The notes: generated by a model from the sequence alone, not told the origin. A stretch of DNA of 58,213 nucleotides, filler included, from Porpidia crustulata (GCA_964255105.1; 5 parts of 5 records of this genome joined end to end with filler, not necessarily neighbours in it); one strand, 5' to 3'; shown: positions 24,110-38,350, numbered from the whole stretch's first letter. Numbers and translations are program-made.

Positions 24110-24644
24110 GGTCGTGGTTGTGGTTATGGTGATGGTTGTAGCTATGGGGGGCGGGGGGAAGTTCTGTAGTACTTCACCGCTATTCTTGTGGGTTTAGTGA
24201 GATGGTGGGCCAGTCTCGTGGATGTTGAAGAAAGTAATAATTCCATGGTAAGATGCGACCCTTGGGATCCGAGATTGTTAATATGACTATTAATGTTATC
24301 GAGAGGGCTCATGATCATCATTATTCAAGGATTCAGATTGACAAGAACAGGGTGTCGTGTCATGTGAGACCCGACTTGGCCGAGATTGGCCGTGTTTAAT
24401 CTCGCTGACCAGATAGAAATAGATACAATTCAATATGAATGTATCCATGATATCTCCTGGTTGCCTTATTTGATCAACTTATCTTCTCATCTACAGGATC
24501 AGGTTTGATCCGGTCAAGAAAAGAAAAGTACCTAAATGTGCTTTGTAAATATATTGATATTATTTTGGGAAACTCGTTCATTAACATCCGTCCAATGGAG
24601 CATTTACTCAATTTTGTCGAGACGAATTCTTTATAAAGTCTGAT

Positions 24645-24677
24645 TCCCATACACAATCCCATACACAATCCCATACA
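24645..24677 (+). repeat. 12-bp tandem repeat (TCCCATACACAA) x ~2.7
   Basis: Read directly from the sequence. Confidence 0.85.
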
Positions 24678-26044
24678 TTGGCATCAGTCCCGCTGTCGAA
24701 GTTTTCGCCTAAATCTGTAAACTGGTCTCATTTCCTTGCACTGTCTCGCCGCTTTCGCATCCGTCGGATTTTTCTCAGTCGTGCTCATCCCCCTACCGCT
24801 TTCCAACGACTCCAAATCTTCTTCGCCCACCTCAGATCTTCAAAATCAAAATTCCTGATGTGACGACTAGTTTTGAAGACGTTCGACTGTGTCCATTTCC
24901 AAAGAACGTGTCCATTCCTTCGAGGGGCCGTCCAAACGTATGTGGATAGAAAATTATATCGAATGGTAGACAGACGGCGTTCAGTCCGGGCAAAAACAAA
25001 AGACTAACGTAGCTCATGGCCCGATAGAGGATAGACGTGATCGTTGTGATGACACCGTAGCCGATCGATCACCCATCTGCTCACCACGCTCCACCTTTGG
25101 CTCGAACATTACGAGGAAATCCCTCTATTGAATACAGCCAGGGCGTGGTCTAATGTGTTCCAAGAGTCAGTGTCGACTTGATGGGACCCAAATTTGCGTT
25201 GCGCGACGTGTTGCACGGACGAAGAAGAAAGCAACGGTCGATGCGCCTTCCGACCAGAGAACCGCAGAAAGAGCAAAGTCTTACACCTCCCGCACTCTCA
25301 ATTCTGGCACCAAGTCCGCCAAACCTTCTCATCAAAGCTTACCGCAATTTTCGCATTTCAACCCCCCTCCGACGTGGGCCCTTCAACGTGGGTTTACCCT
25401 GCCTGTCATCTAAGATACACCCGTACGCCCCACAATCACCATGGCGTCTCCGCATCAAACCTCGCACAGACGCGCACGCGGGAGATGGGGAACCGAATAC
25501 GGGAAAGCTTGAGACACGAACATATGCCGTTTACGTGAGCGCCACCTGCGGGATCACGGGCGTCCCCACAGCCTCTTGTGGAGAAGTGGGGATGTGCTAT
25601 TTTGCGAGAGATGGTGGTTTAGGTCGGCTGAAGAAACGGAAGATGTAGGAAGTGTGTGGGAGGTAGTCTTTTTTCTGAATCCTTGTGTTGGACTGGCGCG
25701 CTGATAAAGGGGTGACAGGGTCATGAGGTATTGACGTTGGCTGTCTCGTTTGACCTCTCGTGCCACCTCATAGGATTTGCATGTGGACGATCTCGACTAC
25801 TCGTTTGTCAAAACACATTGAAGCCGTGGATGACTGTGAATTGGTGCGCCACTGGTCTTGTGATCTAATGAACTAGTATCATCGTTATAGTAGCTTTTCC
25901 ATAGCAATTCTTCTGTAGAAAAACAGGCCTTGATACTTCCAATGCTTTATCCTCTAGTCTTCCAATTGCGTTTGGGTATCTCGAAAGGAATATCACGCTG
26001 TGAAATGCAACGCAACCGCCGTGTACGATGTCCAGCACAACATT

Positions 26045-27182
26045 TCAAATCTCCAGCCATTCTTGAAAATATTCGCATGTCCTCGCATTCACCGGCCCTC
26101 CCTCCTCGCATATCTCGAACACCGGACAGCGACCGCACGGCGCCTCCGTGAGACCGTTTGGAGGCTCCTTGCCCACCTGCCGTACAGATTTGTATCCTTT
26201 CCCATTCCCCATCTTTTCGAGTCTGCCGTCCCAACGCAGGACGTCCATCAGTTGCCGCATCTCGGCTTCTTTCATCACCACGCCAGTAGTCAGCCCGGAC
26301 GCGTTGATCGCTTTGGTTACCTCGGGGATGGTGGGATAGCCGGTGAAACCGGGGGGCATTGGCAATATCTCCCGACCCCTTTCGGGACCGTTGGTCGCGC
26401 CTTGGAATTCTTCGTCTCTGAGGTTCTCGGCTTGCGGTTGCGTCAATTTGGTCTTATCCTTTTTTTTTTTGGAGTCGGTCGCTGGAGGGTGCCACCAACT
26501 TCGTCCAGCAACGTACTTTTCAGTCCAATTGGCCACCTGAAGCACAAATTCATCGTCGAGAGTGCTGTCGGTGTAGAAAGGTCCACCAGTTACGTCTTCA
26601 GATGCCTGGAGGTGAGCGAGCATGTACATCTTCCGATTCGGGTATTTCACTGTTTTGATTGGCTTGATATAGTTTCTAGCTTCCAAGTTTTTGAGGCATC
26701 GCTGCATTACCGTCTGGTGTAGATTGGTTTTGGTTCGGATATTCTTGGTCCACATCCCTTCATGCCCCGAGGACTCAACGTAGGAATAGACCAATGCTTC
26801 TTCCGCACTGAGAGATTTGTACCTGTTTTTATCGGGGACATTTAGCTATTGTACCATTGAAGCCGCTCGGTAGATGAGTGTACTTGGCCGCATCGTCCTT
26901 CTTGACGACCTTCCAACATGTTCTACCATCTCGGGTCATAAGCTTAAACAAGCCTTCCTTCGTGAGCTGCTGCGTGCATATGAGCAACTCCTGGAGGTCG
27001 TTGTTTGGAATAACCTCCAGAGAAAAGAGATCCTGCTGATTGAAAACTCTGTCCGCTGGCAAATTGGCACAACGAGCGTACAGAGCATTCTTGAGCTCCT
27101 TCGGGCTTGAGACAGCATCAAGTTCATTCGCAGCTTTACTTCCAACCTTGGCATCTTCGTCGTTGGCTGCCATCTTGGGCAT
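26045..27182 (-). CDS. RPC34: RNA polymerase III subunit C34 (RPC6)
   Basis: GMWTKNIR.KTNLHQT..RCLKNLE...YIKPIK.VKYPNRKMYML, VTGGPFY, C-terminal Fe-S motif APCGRCPVFEIC...C.YF.EWL; intron 26823-26883. Confidence 0.95.
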
Positions 27183-27367
27183 GACAGTGACGTTAGTCGA
27201 AACTTTGTAGACTCAAAATCACCGCTGTAGTAGATCAGAACTTACACTGGACTATCTACTCTTCGATTGGTCAATCCATTGAGTGCGGCTCAAGTTGAGA
27301 ATGTGGGGCGCTCGTCGTCGGTCGGGACAGGGATCAGCTTCAGCGGGTAGGGCGTTATGGTAATCTT

Positions 27368-27390
27368 TTCTATGAGGTTCTTCACATTTC
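27368..27390 (+). promoter_or_regulatory. Putative step-type heat shock element upstream of STI1
   Basis: TTC at 27368, 27378 and 27388 (exact 10-bp spacing), about 95 bp before the STI1 ATG. Confidence 0.5.
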
Positions 27391-27484
27391 CTTGATAGAA
27401 TATAGACACTTAAGAATATCGCTTCTCCCCCCAAGCAAGCATATTATATTCTTATGAGCTGACCCTGAGTTTTCAAAATCAATC

Positions 27485-29459
27485 ATGGCTGACGCACTCA
27501 AGGCTGAAGGCAACAAGGCTTTCGCAGAGAAGAAATTCGACGAAGCGATGTAGGCTCTTTTCCTAACTTGGATCATACGTAGGTTACTGATTGGATTGTA
27601 GAGAAAAGTTTTCGAAGGCTATCGATATTGAGCCAGCAAACCATGTTCTTTACTCGAATCGATCTGGCGCCTATGCCTCTAAGAAAGATTTCTCCAAAGC
27701 ACTTGAAGATGCAACTAAAACCACAGAAATAAAGCCTGATTGGGCAAAGGGATATGGTCGCAAGGGTGCAGCTCTTCATGGCACAGGCGATCTTCGTAGG
27801 TTCCGAAAATTGCTCGTGAACCGATCAAGGACTAATGAGTAATTCCATAGTTGGTGCAAATGATGCGTATGAAGAAGCTTTGAAGCTCGATCCTGCTAAT
27901 GCACAAGCCAAGTCTGGTCTGGCAGCTGTCAAACGTGCTATTGACGCAGAAGCGGACACCGATGGCTTCGGTGGGGGACCTGGAGGCGGCCTAGGAAACA
28001 TGTTCAACGACCCTCAGATGATACAAAAGCTCGCAAGTAATCCTAAGACTGCATCATTATTAGCGGATCCGTCTTTCATGGCCAAGTTGCAGCGCCTCAA
28101 GCAGAACCCAAATAATATAGGCGAAGAGTTGAGGGATCCAAGATTTCTACAGGTCATGAGCGTTCTCCTGGGTATTGATATGTCGTTTGGCGGTGCAGAT
28201 GGAGGGCTTGGGGACTTAGGAGGGTCTAAGGCGGCGAATGAACCAGAGGAGGACGTATCCATGCCAGATGCTCCACCTTCATCAGGACCTAAGCCTACAT
28301 CAGCACCAAAAGCCCGCGAGCCCGAGCCCGAGCCCGAACCAGAAGACGAAGAAGCTACAGCTAAGCGAAAGGCCAAAGAAGAAGCCGATTCTGAAAAGAA
28401 GATTGGTACTGAACACTACAAGAAGCGCGAATTTGGTACCGCTATTGAACACTATGGGAAAGCCTGGGACATATACAAGGATATAACTTACCTGACCAAT
28501 ATGAGCGCCGCATATTTCGAGAAAGGGGATTATGAGGCTGCCATTGAGACTTGTCAAAAAGCCGTAGAGGAGGGACGGGAGGTATTAGCAGACTTCAAGA
28601 TCATTGCGAAGTATGGATTGATACACTGCATGCTTCACAACCAAGCTAACCATTATCAGGGCATTTGGTCGAATAGGTGCATGTTACGAGAAGCTTGGAG
28701 ACCTTGCTCAAGCTATCACGAATTATCAGAAATCTTTGACCGAGCACCGCACCCCCGAAACGTTGAATAAATTGCGTGCTGCTGAGAAGGCTAAGATCAA
28801 AGCAGAAAAGGAATCGTACATCAGTCCTGAGGAAGCTGAAAAGGCTCGGGAGCTTGGTAACCAAAAATTTAAGGATGCTGACTGGCCTGGTGCTGTTGAG
28901 GCTTACTCGGAAATGACGAAGCGTGCACCCGATGACCCTCGAGGTTACTCCAACCGTGCCGCGGCTTTGATCAAGTTAATGACCTTCCCTGGTGCTGTCG
29001 CTGATTGTGACGAAGCAATCAAGAAGGATCCGAAATTCATCCGAGCGTACCTCAGAAAGGCTCAAGCTTACTTTGCGATGAAAGAATACAACAAGTGTCA
29101 GGATGTTTGCTCGGAGGCGATGCAGCAAGATGAAGGAGGAGCCAATCGTCGGGAGATCGAACAACAACAGCAGAAGGCGCTTCAGGCACAATTTGCTGGC
29201 CGAGACGGAGAGACTGAAGAGCAAACGATGGAGCGGATACAGAGAGATCCGGAGGTAAAGAGAAAGAACTCCCTCGTGTTATGAAGTGGCGCTGACGTTC
29301 AAACGACAGATCATGTCCATACTGCAAGATCCAGTGATGCAAAGTATCCTACAACAAGCGAAGGGTGATCCTGCTGCTTTGCAAGATCATATGAAGAACG
29401 CCGACATAAGAATCAAGATCCAGAAACTGGTGGCATCTGGGGTGATAAGGACAAACTGA
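27485..29459 (+). CDS. STI1: Hsp70/Hsp90 co-chaperone Sti1 (HOP)
   Basis: [30 protein letters not shown] (TPR1), DP repeats, TPR2A/2B ([15 protein letters not shown]), [20 protein letters not shown]. Introns at about 27550-27601, 27796-27850, 28610-28659, 29254-29309. Confidence 0.97.
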
Positions 29460-30474
29460 ATAGAGACAGATTACAATTCTATGTATCAATTCATCAAGTA
29501 AAAGCATATAGGGGTGTCTTGCTGATAACACCTCTTGCAGTACGGCATACTGTGCATCAATTGATTGCGACAGAACAGCCGGGGGCCAGCTCAATCGTAT
29601 CCACAGAGAGTACCGCCCAATCAAATATTATGCCATGATTTTCAGTGATTGTTCCAGGAGTAGATTCGGCTTTATCATGCATTTAATAGATTGACATAAG
29701 ATATGATTTGTGTGTGAGGACGAGTGTAGAGAGAGACTTCCAAGATCATGATTCAATCAGATCATCAATTTTGATCGCAATGTCTATACGCACTACATAC
29801 GCAACACGAAGGTCTCATTCTACAACGACATTCAGCCACGTTGTTCGATTTTAAGTTCAAATTCGAACGGTTCAAATTTAGGCGCTGGGCAGATGTGACA
29901 GAAATTGAATTGTGTGCGACTTTATTTTCGGCCTTAGTTGGAGATAGATGACTTGTACACGTTCGAGCGAGCAGACGGCGCGAGTATCTCCGCCAATGAC
30001 CAGTTGTTGGTGATACATTCTAGAGCCATTGGATTTTTATCTAGATACTGAGTCGCCAATGTGAGGTGGTCGATTTTCCCCCACCAGACCTTCTCTTGGA
30101 GTGCGTAATTAGTCGCATAACGCTGCATCACGCTATGTTCCTATCATTCAATACTCCGCTTCTCTGAATTATCCATTCGGTCTGAGAGCAATGAAGTAGA
30201 TGCTCTTTGCATTCAACTTGTCACCTTGTCCATGAGCTGTTAAAAATGCCCCTCTGTTAGCGCCGGACGGATCTCGGAACAAAAGTCGATCAATTTGGGG
30301 AAAGCTCCCTAGCGCGTCAGGTTTCTTGCGAAGACCTCGTTCTTTTCTTCATTGTCCTGTTCTGTACCAATTGAGCTTGGTGTTGTGTTGGGCTATAGTC
30401 CTGTCCGAGAAGCCAGTGGCCAGCCAGGCCTTCGACTGCACTGTTTACTTCCACTTAGCGTAACTCCGATAACC

Positions 30475-33400
30475 ATGTTGTCGCAGCTCTCGTCACATGC
30501 GGGGGAGCTTAAGTCGAAGGGTGCCGTTGAAGCAGCTGGAAATTCTGGCAGTAAGGTAGCCGCTGAGAACGCCGAACATGTATTGCTTGATGAGAGCCAG
30601 AAGGGTGGCGCAGTGGCGTTTCAATTTGACTCCAATGCCTCGCCACAAGCGAAGGCCGCTCAAGCGCATACTGTACGTTCTTGCAGCTTTTCACTTTTGG
30701 AGAACTTGGTCACTAATGTCTTTGGATCGATAGGCTCTACCCCCAGGCTTTCATCACGACAGAAAACCTCAGGGCGTCAGTGTGGTCACGGACATGGTGG
30801 GTATAAAAGAATTGCTTTTGGAACATGGCAATACTGATTCGGCATATGCAGGACACTGGGCTCCCCGATCAGTATGATCTTCCTCCACCAAGTAAAGATG
30901 GCGCTGTTTCCCTCTCTCCGACAGCCGATGGCAAGCCAGGTCTAGCCAATGGTCACATCCCGCAGGATGAGAAGGCTAGATATACAGACAAAGTCGGCTG
31001 GGCACCAAGGTTCGGCCAGGGGAGCATCACGGAGACAGAAGCGGGAGAGAGTCTTTTGGACCATCAGACGTTTCTTGAAAGCAAGCTAGACGACAAGTTT
31101 TATGGTGGTGAGTTGAATCGTCGATGAAGGACATTGGTCGAAAATACTAAAACTGCCATAGATTGGTACCACAATACAGGTGTTATCGTATTTGCTTGCC
31201 TTGGGTCCTGGGTCGTGGCAATCCTGGGAGGCGGTCTTGCTTGGGTTTTCATTGTCATGGCATGCTGTGGAACCTATTACCGAACATCAATACGCCGGGT
31301 ACGGCGGAACTTCCGCGACGATGTCAACCGAGAGATGGCAAAAGCCCGCCTTGAGACTGACACAGAAAGCTTGGAGTGGATAAACAGCTTCCTTGTCAAA
31401 TTCTGGCCGATATACGCTCCAGTGCTTTGCGAGACGATTATCGCGTCCGTGGACCAAGTCTTGAGCACCTCGACTCCAGCCTTCTTTGACAGCATGCGTA
31501 TGAAATTTTTTACCCTTGGCACAAAGCCTCCCAGGATGGATCACGTAAAGACATATCCAAAAGCAGATGATGATACTGTCCTCATGGACTGGAAGTTCAG
31601 CTTCACACCCAATGATACCATGGATCTCACTGCTCGGCAGCTCAAAAACAAGATCAATCCTAAGATCGTTCTGGAGATTAGGCTGGGTAAAGGTGTGATC
31701 AGCAAAGGCATGGATGTCATCGTGGAAGATTTCGCTTTCTCAGGGATGATGAGGGTCAAAGTCAAGCTTCAAATCCCATTCCCGCACATTGAAAAGGTTG
31801 AAATCTGCTTTCTCGGAAGGCCAGAAATTGACTACGTCTGCAAGCCTCTTGGTGGAGACACACTTGGGTTCGATATCAATTTTATTCCGGGTCTCGAATC
31901 GTTCATTCAGGAACAAATACACGGCAACCTCGCACCTATCATGTATGATCCGAACGTTTTCCCCATCGAGATTGCAAAGATGTTGGCAGGTAACCCGGTA
32001 GATACAGCTATCGGTGTTTTGGCGGTGACGTTCCATGGCGCTCATGGACTCAAAAATTCCGACAAACTTGCTGGTACTCCAGATCCGTACGCTGTTGTAT
32101 CTCTAAACGGTCGCGAACCTCTCGGTCAAACCAAGACGGTCAAGGAAAATGCGAATCCCCGCTGGAATGAGACAATCTATATTATTCTAGTCTCTTTGGT
32201 AGACACCCTAACCTTCCAGATATACGATTGGAACGAATACCGCAAGGACAAAGAGCTAGGCATAGCAACCTTCGCACTCGATAACCTAGAACAGGCAGCA
32301 GATCATGAGAACTTACAGCTTGAGGTCATGGCTAATGGAAAAGCACGAGGTATCCTCCAGGCCGATGTACGCTTTTTCCCGGTCCTTGAAGGCCGGAAAC
32401 TCGAAGATGGTAATATGGAAGCTGCTCCAGAATCCAATACGGGTGTCGTCAGATTCACTGTGGAACAAGCAAAAGATCTAGATGGCACGAAGAGCTTGGT
32501 GGGCCAGTTAAATCCTTATGCAGTCCTCCTACTCAACGGGAAAGAGATACACCAGACGCGCAAATTGAAGAGAACCAACAACCCGATCTGGTATGATGGT
32601 TCGAAAGAAATATTAGTCACTGATCGCAAGACAGCGCGTCTGGGTTTGGTGATCAAAGATGAACGTGATCTTGGTGCAGATCCAGTACTTGGCACTTACC
32701 AGATCAAGCTGGACGATATGATGCAGTTAATGGAAAAGGGTCAGGAATGGTACAATTTGGCTGGAGCCAAGGTTGGCCGTGCCAAACTGATGTTGCAATG
32801 GAAGCCTGTGGCAATGAAGGGCATTACCGGTGGCTCTGGTGGTTACATCACACCCATTGGCGTTATGCGACTCCACTTCCAAAATGCTCGCGATCTACGC
32901 AATGTGGAGACCATGGGCAAATCGGATCCATACGTCCGAGTATTGTTGTCCGGAATTGAGAAAGGTAAGACGGTTACGTTTCAAAACAACTTAAACCCCG
33001 ATTGGGATGAGGTTATCTATGTGCCCATGCACTCGACCCGTGAAAAGTTGACGTTGGAGGTAATGGATCAGGAGAACCTAGGAAAAGACCGCTCTCTTGG
33101 GCTCGTGGAATTATCGGCAGCAGATTACCTCCATCAAGCAGAAAATGGAGAGTATGAGGTACATGATCAGAAACGACCCATGTCCGAGCATCTTAGGATG
33201 CATGGTAAGGGACAACCGAAAGGCAAGCTAAATTTTACTGTTGCGTTCTACCCAACCCTCAACATCGTCGACCCAGAAGAAGAAGCAGCAGAGAAGGCCG
33301 CTTTGGGAGATGATGCCGCCAAAACCCCGATCGACATTGCAAGGCCCAGCATCGACGTAGAATCGAAAAAGAGCCTAGAAAATGGGCAAGTCGATGCAGC

Positions 33401-34927
33401 ACTAGTGAAGAGCAGAGTGGCCGGAAAACTCGATACAACCATGGCCGGCCAGCTTGCGAAGGGAGAGAAAGAACAAGACGAGACGACTGGCGATGTTCAA
33501 ATTGCTCCCAAGCTCCGCCTGACACCAGAAGAACTTATGAAGCATGGTAAGCACTCCGCGACTATTGGTTCTATCACTTGTGCTGACTACATGGTCCCAC
33601 AGAATCAGGACTTATAATCTTTAGACTAATAGAGGGAACTTTGGCGCGTTCGAATGTCCAGCTTGAAGTGGTGATGGATGACATGGCCTTTCCATCATAC
33701 ATTTCCTCAAAAGCTAGATCCCGGCAGACTCAATTTGGAGAAAGTAAGTAGTTATGGCCAAGGAGTAGCTGATGAGGTACTGATCTTTGTCTCCGTAGCC
33801 GGTGACGCATTTGTAAGAGAACTAGATGTATCGAAGATTACCCTTCGTCTACGAGCAAAGGAGGATAAGAAAGGAGAGGGCAACTCCGATTCGACAATTG
33901 CTAAATTGACCGGTAGCACACTGGAGACACTTCAACGATGCTTGGTGAGCACGGCTGTCATTCATTATATGCACTTGTCTAACTCGAGGCACTCAGTACA
34001 AACCTACCGAGCTCGTACTGAAAGGTGCGGATGGGTCAACCTCCAAAGTTACTGTGAGCTTGAAATACATTCCAGTCAAGATGCGACTTGATCCGAGCGA
34101 GAGCATCAACAACATGGGCAGCCTTCGAGTGGATGTCCTAGACGCTGCCGACTTGCCAGCTGCTGATCGAAACGGCTTCAGCGACCCCTACTGCAAATTC
34201 TATCTAAACGGTAAGGATGTCTTCAAGACTGGTATTCAGAAGAAGACGCTACACCCAGCATGGAACGAGTTCTTCGAGGTCCCCATCAATTCACGAACGG
34301 CGGCTAAATTCCACGTCAAGGTTATGGACTGGGATTTCGGAGACAAGGCAGATCTGTTGGGTGAGGCCGACATCAACCTCGACCTGTTAGAGCCTTTCAG
34401 ACCAAAGGAGGTTGTCCTTAGCCTAGATGGGAAGTCTGGGGCTTTGAGACTGAAAATGCTTTTCAAGCCAGATTACGTTACGCGGTCACGTCAAGGCTCC
34501 TCCACATTCAGTGGAACCTTTGCAACTCCCGGCAAAGTCATTGGTGCACCTGTGAAAGGCGTCGGTCTTGTTGGAGGAGCTGTTGGAGGCGGAGTGGTCA
34601 AAGGGGCTTCGTTCCTTCGCCACGGATTCAAGAGCAAGAAGGACGGCCGCGAAAGTAGCAACGGTTTCGTCGAACCGGACGACAAGGAAGAGTACACCAA
34701 CGGCGGTTTTACCGAAAAGCCGCAGATCGTCGCCCCCGCAGTCATCGACGGCAGTCCCTCAGCCCCCGAGACTCCCCCCCACTCTCGCTCCAAAAGCTTT
34801 GGTGCTGCATCCGTCGCCAGCGTCCTAGGCGGAACGCCCGGCAAGGCCGACGCCGGTACCGCCACCTTCACCATCCTCTCCGCCACCGGCTACCCCGCCG
34901 GCTCCAAACTACAGATCCACATCAAGC
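30475..34927 (+). CDS. TCB: Tricalbin / extended synaptotagmin (TM + SMP + multiple C2 domains); 3'-partial
   Basis: TM hairpin, ESLEWINSFLVKFWPIY (SMP), FTLGTKPPR, C2 motifs GTPDPY, GQLNPY, GKSDPY, ADRNGFSDPYC; about six introns; truncated at the linker. Confidence 0.95.
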
Positions 34928-35027
34928 NNNNNNNNNNNNNNNNNNNNNNNNNNNNNNNNNNNNNNNNNNNNTTAATTAATTAANNNNNNNNNNNNNNNNN
35001 NNNNNNNNNNNNNNNNNNNNNNNNNNN
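34928..35027. other. Artificial contig linker
   Basis: N44-TTAATTAATTAA-N44. Confidence 0.99.
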
Positions 35028-36397
35028 AGGACGTAGAGGGCGAGGAGAGCGCCGTTGTGGGCAAGGAGCTTGTCGTATGCGAAACCAATGATGACGAAGA
35101 GGATAGTGAGCATGGCGAATCCCATGAGTTGGATAGGTTTGCGCCCAATGGTGTCGACCAAAGCTACCGTTACCCAGTATCCAGGAATGGAACCGGCACA
35201 AACGATAATCAAGTTACCGACGGCGGCGTTGCGGAAGACCAAGTACATATTGGCGCCTTTGACGTATTTGATCGCGGTCAAGATAACGGTGTTGTTGAGA
35301 CCGAGACCGTAGAATGCAACATCCAGGAAAAACCATGATCCAGCTGTGCCGATCAGGACCTTGGCGTGCTTCCATTGGGAGTAGTGGCTGCCAAAGTCCT
35401 TCCAACTGGCCTTGGGGACCTCAAGCCGACCCTCGGCGTGCTGGATGACGGCAACACGAGTGATCTCGTCGGGATGACCCTCGGATTTACCCTGGATGTA
35501 AGCCTTGGTGTCTTCACCGGCCTTCTCAACATCGCGAGCCACATCGAAGGTGTACCGAGGCGTCTCGGGGATGGTCAAACGGAAGTAGAGAGCAATGCAT
35601 CCCGGAACAGCGCCGAAACCGATGATGACACGCCACATCTTGTCAACGGCCAGACCGCAAACACCGCCACAGGCAGCGGCAGTTTTGGCGGTCATCAGGG
35701 ATTCCTTGAAACCCGTAGCAACGATGAGAGCGATGATGGCCGCCGCAAATTGACCGATTCCTTGCATGGCAAAGACGGATCCCATCATGGCGCCTCTCCA
35801 TTTCGTCGTAGCGAATCTGCAATAGTTAGGCTCGTGTCCAAGAACTCGCCCGAGCTAGGAAACCTACTCCGAAGTGATGATGGCCGATAGCGGATAGTCT
35901 CCTCCAATTCCAATGCCCATGATTACACGCCAGAATATGAGTATACCGACGATCGAGATAGCGGGAGAGGCAGATGAGACCGACTGAGCCAGAGTAGCGA
36001 AGATGATCAGGATCAGCTCAAGTCCGTACATCTTTTTCCGCCCAACGATATCCGCAGCAGCACCGAAAGCGACCTGACCGATCACGGTTCCACCAGATGT
36101 TGCGACTTTGATGGCAGTGTCGGAGCTGCTCGGAATTGTCCCCGGTCCGACCTTTGCGCTGTGCCAGTAAACGACTCCCAACATGGCGGTGACGAGGTTG
36201 ATGGCAAATATGTCGTAGGCGTCCGTGAAGAACCCAATACCTGCCACTACGACAGCGCGAACATGATACCATCCAAACGGCGCCTTGTCGATTTCGGCGA
36301 GGGCGAGTCTTCGGCGCTCGTTCGGATCGGCAATGTGAGCGTAGTCATTGTGGAAGTTGTGAAAGGCGGAGTTGCCGCCAGCTGTCTTGTTAGCCAT
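35028..36397 (-). CDS. PHO84: High-affinity phosphate:H+ symporter (MFS, Pho84/PHO-5 type); 3'-partial
   Basis: MANKTAGGNSAFHNF...ERRRLALAEIDKAPFGWYHVR, GFFTDAYD, GIGGDYPLSAIITSE-FATTKWRGAMM, IPETPRY, WFFLDVAFYG; intron at about 35817-35867. Confidence 0.97.
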
Positions 36398-37473
36398 CGA
36401 AGAAAGCAAAGCAAATAAAGAAAGTGCAAAGCTTCCACTCAACTTGAGCGTATGAACAGCGAAGTGAGGTTGAATCAACTTGCATGATGGGGTGGAGGGA
36501 TAATACCCTTGATATACCACGGCTGGTAGTTTTAGTGACAGACTTTCGTTTTTTTCCCACTACCCTGACTAGCGAACCAAACTTGCTTGGCCCACTACCT
36601 AGAAATTTACTTCGGGTACTCTAAAACAGTCGCACTCCCCACACCAGGTGGGAAAAAGCAGTCGGGAGCGATTGGGCGAGTCAAAAAGCAGAAGCAAGCG
36701 GCGATGATGCCGATTCCGTGAGCAGTAATATGCCCCGTTCCCAGACTACCCTATTTGATGGGTGGTATTGTTATTCTGGCGTGGCCTGGCTAATCTGTAT
36801 GTTGCAGGCCCGGCAAGCCTATCAAGCTGCCTCGGGGCCGCTTAGAACCTTGTCCTTCTCCCAAGCTCTGCACATCACCCTTCAAAGTTACCTCAATCAG
36901 TGGCTAATGACATCCCTAGTACAACATGGTCGTATCACAACTGTATGGAGTACACATATCCAGACGCTAAAGGGTACTTGAACACTCTAGCTGCGACCCA
37001 CAAGGCTCTATCTACGTATATTATCATTGTTATTAATGTCATTATCACCACCGTACGGCCTGCCAAGCATCACTGACAGTAGCCAATGGCGGCGTCTCGC
37101 AGCTGCCCGTGCATCGTCCTGCAAGTACCCTTCCCCGTGCCACAATGGTATTGTTTGAGTCTAGACAGTGAATGTGTCCATCCATACCAGATGGCTTGTA
37201 CTACCGCTCCTCCACGGCGAATCATTTGTCAACGCCGGGAGTCCCTACCTAATACACGCAGACTTAATCACAAATTCGAATAATTGGCCCAGCGTCGCGA
37301 CCCTGATGGATCCTTGGCATCCGAGACGGCTCCCACCACGTCAAATCAATCACCATCCTTGATCTTCTGGGAGCAGTAGGACATTGTTTCTGGATTTTGA
37401 TCCAGCCATGGAAGCTAAGTCTGAAGGTAACATAGGTACTAGAGTGGCAGGAAGTCATGGCTACTCGTGGGAA

Positions 37474-38350
37474 AACGTGACTCTAGCTTCTCTCAATTCC
37501 ATCGGATCGACTCGTTATTGCCTCGTTGTTGCCAGGATGTTCTGGATAGGGCACAATACCTAGGGCAAGTATCTACACCACCATCCTTCCCCGGCAATGG
37601 AGATATGGATCTGGTGAGTGGGTGGTGACGGGGTTGTGGAGGGGCTGTCCGTCCCACTGCCCCGGGATGGCTGCATCATCACGGTGCATCGCTGGCGTGG
37701 CAAGGTTGAGAACAACGATTACTGACAAGGTGGTGATCTGATGATCTGATAGAAGCACTCTAGAATCCCATTAAGCCAGGCCAGACAGCAGAATGAGCAA
37801 TTCGCGACGAATTTTCAGCGGCCTCAATTTGGGTTGGTGGGGGTAACAAAGGTCCGACCTTACAGATGTCGTTGGATGTACCAATGAGAAGACAGCGTTT
37901 GGGGCGTGGACACATCCGCTTCTGGTTTAACTTCTACGATCAATTTCCCCGGAGCGGCGCCTAACCCCCTTAGTCTCCTTAATATTACGCACCAATCCCA
38001 ATAATACATACCCCGATACATCTCAAACGTGATTTATTCGTGGTTGAGAATTCGCCATTCGCTTGCTTCGAGGGTCCTGCCCTTGAAAAGACACACAATT
38101 GGAAATTGGTCAATTACCTACACGTCCACATTGACCGCATTTGGGACTCAACGATACACGTGAGATCTAATGTCTTGCGGATCTTATGAAAGAGGCTGCC
38201 ACCTTTGTCCCTTGTTGGTTGCCACAACCACCGAAGATTCAGATCACGATTGATCGTCAGTCCATTACGGGGCTTCTGGCAAACTGGGAGGCTTGGCTAA
38301 TCAAAAGTCTCACCATCTTTGGGAATCCCGACGACTCTATCAAACACGTG
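37474..38350. promoter_or_regulatory. Cluster of Pho4/NUC-1-type E-boxes upstream of PHO84
   Basis: CACGTG at 38157-38162 and 38345-38350; AACGTG (CACGTT reverse complement) at 37474-37479 and 38026-38031. Confidence 0.5.

Noticed and set aside
25048..25110. C/D snoRNA candidate (GTGATGA)
   Set aside because: No matching CTGA D box with a terminal stem at a plausible distance.
29840..29885. GTTCGA/GTTCAA motifs resembling tRNA T-loops or B-boxes
   Set aside because: No cloverleaf stems or A-box at suitable spacing.
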